Below, in pieces: positions 58,240 through 64,000 of a stretch of 64,000 nucleotides of DNA. A program made the translations under genes and the position numbers. The stretch comes from Parcubacteria group bacterium LiPW_15 (GTDB lineage Bacteria > Patescibacteriota > Minisyncoccia > UBA6257 > 2-01-FULL-56-20): contig VMER01000002.1 in NCBI GenBank assembly GCA_007375645.1, forward strand, positions 29,710 to 93,709. Direction: 5' to 3'. The notes under the pieces are model-generated. The model was not told the origin of the DNA. It worked only from the letters and a program-made list of their open reading frames with translations, and searched no databases. Position 1 is the stretch's first letter, and every line of letters begins with the position of its first letter.

Positions 58240-58410
58240 ATGGAACCCTACGGCTTTTTCGAAAGAATCGGCACCGGCGCTTTTGCCGCAGCATTCGTCG
58301 GCCTAGCGACACGCGACTGGCGTTTCGGGGTTGCAACGTTTTTCGCCGCATTCCTCGTGGATATGTGGATTGAGAACGTCGTCGAAGCGATCAGGTCGAC
58401 CAAGAAGTAG
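58240..58410 (+). CDS. small orphan membrane protein (SD-led)
   Basis: GAAGGAG SD, ATG 58240, two short hydrophobic segments. Confidence 0.6.
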   Translation: MEPYGFFERIGTGAFAAAFVGLATRDWRFGVATFFAAFLVDMWIENVVEAIRSTKK

Positions 58411-58434
58411 GACACATTCGGAAAGGAGCGATTC

Positions 58435-58613
58435 GTGCTGTTATTTTTTTACTCCTAGCCGCCACGGCCGTCTGCGTCTTCGCGGGACGAAGCGGGACTG
58501 ACCGCCGCGATTCGGCCGCCGCATGCGCTGCGGCCGCCGTCTGCGGCGGACTGGCAATCTTCAACCTCGCCCTCGCAGTCGCCGGAGACATCCTGAGCGC
58601 AATCAACAAGTAG
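58435..58613 (+). pseudogene. SD-led small membrane protein interrupted by a frameshift in a T7 tract
   Basis: GAAAGGAG then GTG 58435, stop at 58456; the -1 frame continues LLLAATAVCVF...LSAINK* to 58613. Confidence 0.5.
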
Positions 58614-58731
58614 CTCTTCTCGCCCGCTCGCACTCGCCTCCTCCGCCGACCCTCGTGGTCGGCTTTTTTTTGACAAATTTTTCTTCCGGCATATCCTTTG
58701 GTCAGCCCGCCAAACCGAAAGGAGCCTAGAA

Positions 58732-58929
58732 ATGGGAAGTGAACACGCAACCGCACCTCCTACGATAGTGACCATGGACAGCAAGCGCCGTTCCCAAGGG
58801 TTCATGGACGGACTCCTCGGCGACCCCCCGGAGGAAACGTCCGACGAATATTGTCGCGACTACGACAAGGGTGTCGCGGCATCCAAAGCCGTCATCGCCA
58901 AGCTCGACGCGAAAACCCCGAAGGGATAG
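58732..58929 (+). CDS. small orphan protein (SD-led unit)
   Basis: TTGACA-16-TATCCT (58670-58697), GAAAGGAG at 58717, terminator ending CGTGGTCGGCTTTTT. Confidence 0.65.
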   Translation: MGSEHATAPPTIVTMDSKRRSQGFMDGLLGDPPEETSDEYCRDYDKGVAASKAVIAKLDAKTPKG

Positions 58930-59001
58930 CCGCGCCGCAACCGCTCCTTCCGCCGGCCTACGTGGTCGGCTTTTTCTTTCGTATTTATTTTTAAAACACC
59001 C

Positions 59002-59083
59002 CGCATTATTGAGGGAGGGTAAGACTTGAATAGCCCTGCCTGCCGGCAGGCAGGGGTCCGGAGCGCACTCCTTCAATAATGCG
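59002..59083. repeat. nested palindromes: 16-bp outer IR enclosing 22-bp CCCTGCCTGCCGGCAGGCAGGG
   Basis: CGCATTATTGAGGGAG/CTCCTTCAATAATGCG; perfect palindrome at 59034-59055. Confidence 0.75.
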
Positions 59084-59086
59084 AAG

Positions 59087-60763
59087 CTATTTCCACTCTA
59101 TCGGTCCAGTGACGGATTCCACCTCTTCAAACGTAGTCATGCCCGTTAAAACTTTCAAAATTCCGTCTTCCTGCATGGTGACCATCTCTTGCTTCTTCGC
59201 GAGCTCGCGAAGCGCGCGCTCGGAAACTTCTTTCAAAATTATTTCTTCAAGCTCGGGTCCGCCTTTGAAAAATTCAAAAATACCGCGCCTCCCCTTATAG
59301 CCGAAGTGATTACAGACGTCGCAGCCTGCGGGTTCAAAAATCGTTATATTTGTATATTTGGTTTTATCTACGCGCGCGGGAAGTCCGGTCATAAATTTAT
59401 CCAGCCTTTCTTTGAGCTCTGGAGTCATCTCCACTGGTTTTTTGCAGTCGTCGCATAGCTTTCTAACAAGCCTCTGCGCGATGATAAGCGTTAAGGCCGG
59501 TCCGATCGAAGCGGGCTTTACGCCCAAGTCTACAAGGCGAGGCACCGCGCCTACGGCGCTATTGGTGTGAAGCGTTGATAGAACCAAGTGGCCGGTAAGC
59601 GACGCCTGGAGCGCGATATCCGCCGTTTCCAAGTCGCGGATTTCACCGACAAGTATCGCGTCCGGGTCTTGGCGCACAATGGCGCGCAAACCTCCGGCAA
59701 AGGTGTAACCGGCACCCGGGTCTACCTGGGTCTGCTCGATTCCTTGGATCCTGTATTCTATCGGATCTTCTACGGTAATTATTTTAACTTCCGGGTTAAC
59801 AAGTTTTCGCAAAAAAGCATAAAGGGTGGTGGTCTTACCGGAGCCGGTCGGGCCGGTGTTCAAGATCAATCCGTTCGGACGCGAAAGCTCTTTCTCCACC
59901 ATCCCCAGATCATCGTCGCGAAGTCCCAGCTGCGGCAAGGTCACATTGATGCCGGCTGGGTCCAAAATACGCATAACGATCGTCTCCCCAAATTCGGAGG
60001 GAATTATGGACACGCGCATTTCGATCTCTTTCACTTCCAGCTTGATCGTGAATCTTCCGTCTTGCGGTTCGCTATGAATATTGAGCTTCATGTTGCAGAG
60101 AAGCTTAATTCTCGAAACCAACGACTCATAATTTTTCTTCGGCACGCCGGTTGAAATGTCGTGCAACAATCCGTCGATGCGGTAACGGATACGCGCGGAT
60201 TTTTCTTCCGCCTCAAAGTGAATATCCGAGGCTCTGGTCGCGAGTGCTCCGGCCAAAATTATTTCAAGAAGCGCAGCCACGCTTTCGTGCCCATAGTCTA
60301 AGGCGGTCATCGCCGCCTCTACCGCTTGAAAGTTTGTAAATTTTTTCAGTTGCTCGGCAAAATTTCCCTGATCGATTGCCACCTTGCCGGTAATAACCTC
60401 TTTTTCTCCGGAAATAAACTTGTAATAGCTCCAAGCCTGGGTGAGTCCGCTCTTTGAAACCACAAACGGCTTCACGGTGTATTTTTTTTCGGTAAGTTCG
60501 GCGATAAGTTTTTTGGCATCTTCGGTCGTGGGGTCAAAAAAGACTACCGCTACTTCGTGGTCCTTTAGTTGTATGCCTATGGCTTCCGCCGTCCGCGCCT
60601 CCGCTTCGGGAATAAGCGCGACAGCTTCGATGGAAACCGGCGTTTTTCCGAGATCCGCGTAAGGAACTTTAACTTTTTCGGCGCGCCTTTCCGCATCGCG
60701 CTCTTCTGCCGCGCGCCTTATCTCTTCCAATTTTTTCGCAACAGCATTCTTCGGATCGTCCAT
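59087..60763 (-). CDS. type IV pilus assembly ATPase PilB/GspE
   Basis: ASDIH, PQDGR, GPTGSGKTT, EDPIE, RQDPD, TGHLVLSTLHTN and Zn-binding cysteines. Confidence 0.95.
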   Translation of the reverse strand: MDDPKNAVAKKLEEIRRAAEERDAERRAEKVKVPYADLGKTPVSIEAVALIPEAEARTAEAIGIQLKDHEVAVVFFDPTTEDAKKLIAELTEKKYTVKPFVVSKSGLTQAWSYYKFISGEKEVITGKVAIDQGNFAEQLKKFTNFQAVEAAMTALDYGHESVAALLEIILAGALATRASDIHFEAEEKSARIRYRIDGLLHDISTGVPKKNYESLVSRIKLLCNMKLNIHSEPQDGRFTIKLEVKEIEMRVSIIPSEFGETIVMRILDPAGINVTLPQLGLRDDDLGMVEKELSRPNGLILNTGPTGSGKTTTLYAFLRKLVNPEVKIITVEDPIEYRIQGIEQTQVDPGAGYTFAGGLRAIVRQDPDAILVGEIRDLETADIALQASLTGHLVLSTLHTNSAVGAVPRLVDLGVKPASIGPALTLIIAQRLVRKLCDDCKKPVEMTPELKERLDKFMTGLPARVDKTKYTNITIFEPAGCDVCNHFGYKGRRGIFEFFKGGPELEEIILKEVSERALRELAKKQEMVTMQEDGILKVLTGMTTFEEVESVTGPIEWK

Positions 60764-60849
60764 TCCTTAAATATTAAGGCTTCTGGGTTAGAGAGACAAG
60801 ATTTGGTTTAAAACCTATTTTCCGAAGCCCGAAGCGGCCGAATATCTGT

Positions 60850-60878
60850 TTGACAAACTTAATATTATTTGATATAAT
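60850..60878 (+). promoter_or_regulatory. consensus sigma70 promoter
   Basis: TTGACA-17-TATAAT. Confidence 0.85.
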
Positions 60879-60921
60879 GCGCCCAGATTCGAAGCTTGAA
60901 AAGAAAGAAGGGAGGCGCGTT

Positions 60922-61653
60922 ATGCGCTCCAAAAACATCGCCCTCGTAACCCTCGTCGCTCTTCTCTCTTCGATCCTCGCGGGATGCATCTCTTTCCCGG
61001 CGATCGAGAAGTTCGTCCCTCCCGACGGGGTAGCTCCGACCTTCTCGGTCAACAACAAAACCTCGATGGTCGGAACTATGGCGGCGTACGACAAGAAGGT
61101 CGCGGAGTTCTATCCCAATGGGACCCTCTACGACAAGAACTGTGCGCGCCCGGTCCCGACGCAGATACCCATCGTGGTCCTTTTTCACGACAGCAACAAT
61201 AACTATCTGGGAGTCTTCGCCCGCGTCCTGAACCTGGGCCCGGGGGCGCAATCGACCTCCTGGACGATCGGAGAAGAAGACGTTGTCTACTTCGGAGAGA
61301 GACTCCGAAGGCCCGATCACTCCGCTCCCCCTTATGAGCCGAGCTCTGAGGAAATCAGCCTCCCGTGGACAACAAACATGGAGGCCTGGGCGCAGGTTCC
61401 CAACGATACCCCAAACGAGTTGCTTGTGAAGAGGAACGGGAAAATCCACGTTCGGATCGCAAGCGGCGCTCTTTGGGCGCAAAGGATGGAAACCGTTTAC
61501 CCCGGGGCCCGAACTCAACCGATCCACATCGAGATATTCGGGTACACCTCGGAGGGCGAACAGCTTGGAATCGCGGAATTCTGGCTCGCCCCGCAAAACG
61601 ACGGAGTCTCCGCGATGCAGTTCGTGGTCTCCCCCAACACGCTTCGCTACTAG
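60922..61653 (+). CDS. orphan putative lipoprotein (SD-led unit)
   Basis: GGGAGG SD, signal peptide with lipobox LAGC, terminator CCCGGACAGTC/GATTGTCCGGG-T6. Confidence 0.7.
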   Translation: MRSKNIALVTLVALLSSILAGCISFPAIEKFVPPDGVAPTFSVNNKTSMVGTMAAYDKKVAEFYPNGTLYDKNCARPVPTQIPIVVLFHDSNNNYLGVFARVLNLGPGAQSTSWTIGEEDVVYFGERLRRPDHSAPPYEPSSEEISLPWTTNMEAWAQVPNDTPNELLVKRNGKIHVRIASGALWAQRMETVYPGARTQPIHIEIFGYTSEGEQLGIAEFWLAPQNDGVSAMQFVVSPNTLRY

Positions 61654-61747
61654 TTGCTCTTTGCCTTCTCGCCCGCCCGGACAGTCCATGGATTGTCCGG
61701 GTTTTTTGTTCCTAGATTCTAAGTCCCAAATTCTATATTCTATGGAT

Positions 61748-62275
61748 ATGTCCGGACACTCTCATTGGTCAGGAATTAAACATCAAAAGGAAATTACCGA
61801 TAAGAAGCGCGGCGTGGTTTTTTCAAAGCTTTTGACCGCCATCTCCGTCGCGGCAAAAACAGAAGCCGATCCCAATTTTAATCCGCGCCTTAGAACCGCG
61901 ATAGAAAAAGCCAAGGAGATGAGCGTCCCCCAGGAAAATATCGAGCGGGCCATAAAGCGCGCATCCGAAAACAGCGCGGCGCTCGAAGAACTTGTTTTTG
62001 AGGCCTATGGTCCGGGGGGCACCGCGCTTATAATTTCTGCGGCAAGCGATAATTCCAATCGGACCGTGCAGGAGATAAAGAAAATGTTGAATGATTTCGG
62101 CGGGAAATGGGCTGAGCCGGGCTCGGTCACCTGGGGATTCGAGAAGGGCGCGGATGGTTGGACGCCAAAGTTCCCTGTGGATATTGCTCCGGCTGATTCG
62201 GAAAAACTCTCTCGCCTCAAAAACGCGCTTCTCGAACACGACGACGTCCAAGAAGTTTATACAAACGCAAAATGA
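61748..62275 (+). CDS. yebC: YebC/PmpR family protein (short form)
   Basis: MSGHSHW, NPRLR, EAYGPGG and DDVQEVYTN. Confidence 0.92.
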   Translation: MSGHSHWSGIKHQKEITDKKRGVVFSKLLTAISVAAKTEADPNFNPRLRTAIEKAKEMSVPQENIERAIKRASENSAALEELVFEAYGPGGTALIISAASDNSNRTVQEIKKMLNDFGGKWAEPGSVTWGFEKGADGWTPKFPVDIAPADSEKLSRLKNALLEHDDVQEVYTNAK

Positions 62276-62748
62276 TATTTTTAGGCATCGATCCCGGCAC
62301 AAGAAGAATGGGTTATGGACTGGTCGCCAAAAACGGCCGGGAGACAACACTTGTCGACGCGGGAATAATAAAAATAGATTCTAAAGACGACTTGGGAGCT
62401 CTTTTGGAAATTAAAAAGGGCGTTTCCGAACTTGTCGCCGCACACAAGCCGGCACTTGTGGCGATCGAAAAACTTTTTTTCGCCAAGAACCAGAAAACCG
62501 CTCTCCAGGTAGCCGAGGCGCGGGGCGTGGCGCTTGCCTCTTGCCTCGACTCCGGCGCAAAAATACTGGAACTTTCGCCCAACGAGGTAAAAATGGGGCT
62601 TACCGGCTTCGGCTCGGCGGACAAAAAAGCGGTCCTTAAAATGGTGCGCCTGATTCTTAAAGAGCCCGCGCTTGAAGTCATAGACGACGCCTCCGACGCC
62701 CTTGCTTTGGCAATCCTCGCCGCAGACAGATATTCTTCAAAGCTCTGA
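62272..62748 (+). CDS. ruvC: crossover junction endodeoxyribonuclease RuvC
   Basis: LGIDPG, AIE, EARG and DDASDALA. Confidence 0.96.
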   Translation: MIFLGIDPGTRRMGYGLVAKNGRETTLVDAGIIKIDSKDDLGALLEIKKGVSELVAAHKPALVAIEKLFFAKNQKTALQVAEARGVALASCLDSGAKILELSPNEVKMGLTGFGSADKKAVLKMVRLILKEPALEVIDDASDALALAILAADRYSSKL

Positions 62749-62848
62749 TTTCTCTTTTGGACTCCGCCAAAACTCTTGACAGGTATTCCTCAGCCCTTAT
62801 ACTGACCTTTGTAAAAAAATAAAAGGTCATTAGTATCCCTAGAAACAA

Positions 62849-63058
62849 ATGAAGCACGGCTCCGAAACTCAGGACTTCTTAGACCCGGACATCGACGGCG
62901 TGGATGTGGACGCGGAGGCGGGCCTTATAGCCGACGGCCCGGAAGAAGAAGCTGAACTTCCAATCCCGCTGGATCCTTATCTCGAAACATCTTCGGGATC
63001 GGCCGCTCCCGGAATAAGAATTGACCGGGAAGCAGCAGAGGAACAGGAAGAACAATAG
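62849..63058 (+). CDS. small highly acidic protein
   Basis: TTGACA-16-TATACT promoter (62776-62803); downstream hairpin CGCCCGCGCA/TGCGCGGGCG. Confidence 0.55.
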   Translation: MKHGSETQDFLDPDIDGVDVDAEAGLIADGPEEEAELPIPLDPYLETSSGSAAPGIRIDREAAEEQEEQ

Positions 63059-63128
63059 AAAAGACCATACCGCCCGCGCAACTGCGCGGGCGGGTTATTT
63101 ATTGCTATAATTTACGTATTATCGTCTT

Positions 63129-64000
63129 ATGAATAAAAAACGCACTTTTTTCCGCTATTTATTGATCGGCGCGGCCTCTGTTTTTGGGATCGCGGTTTTG
63201 GCTGTTTTCATATTGAGCCGCGGCTTGCCCTCGATCGAAGAAATCGACTCCCGGGAGATAAGCCAGTCAACCAAGATACTCGATCGAACAGGCGCGGTTT
63301 TGCTTTATGATCTGAACTCCGGCGTCAAAAGAACTGTTATCCAGCCGGACCAAGTTCCGCAGTCCATAAGGGACGCGACTGTAGCGATAGAAGACGAGCG
63401 CTTCTATGAAGAGCCGGCGTTTGATTGGCGGGGAATCTTGCGCGCCTTTGTTGTAAATCTGACCAAGGGCAGCCCCTCGCAAGGAGCCTCCACCATAACC
63501 CAGCAATTGGCGAGAAACGCATTTCTTACCCCGGAAAAAACAATTATTCGCAAACTAAAGGAGTTGCTTTTGGCTGTCAGGCTTGATCGCCACTACAGCA
63601 AGGATCAAATCCTTTGGTATTACTTGAATGAGATTCCTTACGGTCCGACCACTTACGGCATAGAAGCGGCAAGTCAATCATACTTCAACAAGCCCGCAAA
63701 AGAACTGACGCTTGCCGAAAGCGCCATTCTTGCGGCGATTCCCAGAAATCCGATCTACTACGATCCGGGCGGTAGCCACATTCAGGATCTTTTGAGGCGA
63801 AAAGATCTGGTGCTTAAAAAGATGTTTGATCTTAAAAAAATAAGCGAAGCGGATTATAAAACCGCGACCGCTCAAAAAATACAGTTCCAGCCCGTCGCCC
63901 GCGGGATAAAAGCTCCGCACTTCGTGATGGCTGTGCAAGATTATTTGATCCAAAAATACGGCGAGGATTTGGTTCGAAAGGGCGGCCTGAAGATAACCAC
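63129..64000 (+). CDS. class A penicillin-binding protein (transglycosylase domain; partial)
   Basis: Manual translation from ATG 63129: N-terminal TM, EDERFY, QGASTITQQLARN, RKLKE and YLNEI. Confidence 0.92.
   Translation, partial: MNKKRTFFRYLLIGAASVFGIAVLAVFILSRGLPSIEEIDSREISQSTKILDRTGAVLLYDLNSGVKRTVIQPDQVPQSIRDATVAIEDERFYEEPAFDWRGILRAFVVNLTKGSPSQGASTITQQLARNAFLTPEKTIIRKLKELLLAVRLDRHYSKDQILWYYLNEIPYGPTTYGIEAASQSYFNKPAKELTLAESAILAAIPRNPIYYDPGGSHIQDLLRRKDLVLKKMFDLKKISEADYKTATAQKIQFQPVARGIKAPHFVMAVQDYLIQKYGEDLVRKGGLKIT

Noticed and set aside
60865-61689. 274-aa minus-strand ORF
   Set aside because: Shadow of the SD-led lipoprotein; promoter, SD and terminator all support the + strand
1-64000. 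CRISPR array, rRNA, integrase/transposase, or TGA recoding (code 25)
   Set aside because: No regularly spaced repeats or such genes seen; TGA ends conserved genes (yebC, ruvC, tsaE) at expected positions

Overview
This is a core-genome stretch of a small-genome bacterium whose gene content, repeats and gene compaction fit Patescibacteria (CPR), most likely Parcubacteria, using genetic code 11. It contains: a surface-glycan locus (GT4s, four SAM methyltransferases, AsnB, O-antigen ligase; 1-13.2 kb); housekeeping genes (rny, gpmI, secG, rnj, trpS, ileS, argS, smpB, infC-rpmI-rplT, polX, Clp ATPase, udg, Mur ligase, ruvA/B/C, rpsT, holA, tsaE, pilB, yebC, class A PBP); tmRNA, tRNA-Leu(CAG) and tRNA-Arg(CCG); and a KAP NTPase islet next to tmRNA. 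The main unexplained pattern is an apparent two-tier expression layout. Many core genes look leaderless (-10 box 6-8 nt before the start codon, no SD). About a dozen stand-alone orphan units instead each carry their own -35/-10 promoter, a strong (GA)AAGGAG(G) Shine-Dalgarno and usually a terminator. A promoter- and terminator-bounded non-coding RNA at about 28287-28419 displays an anti-SD (CCCTCCTTTC) in an apical loop and could silence the SD-led class; this link is inference. Also seen: a large, possibly pseudoknotted ncRNA (58040-58196), stacked relic 3' ends of polX and tmRNA linked to a shared repeat element, and a MITE-like element whose end supplies start codons. All calls come from reading the sequence; no searches were run.
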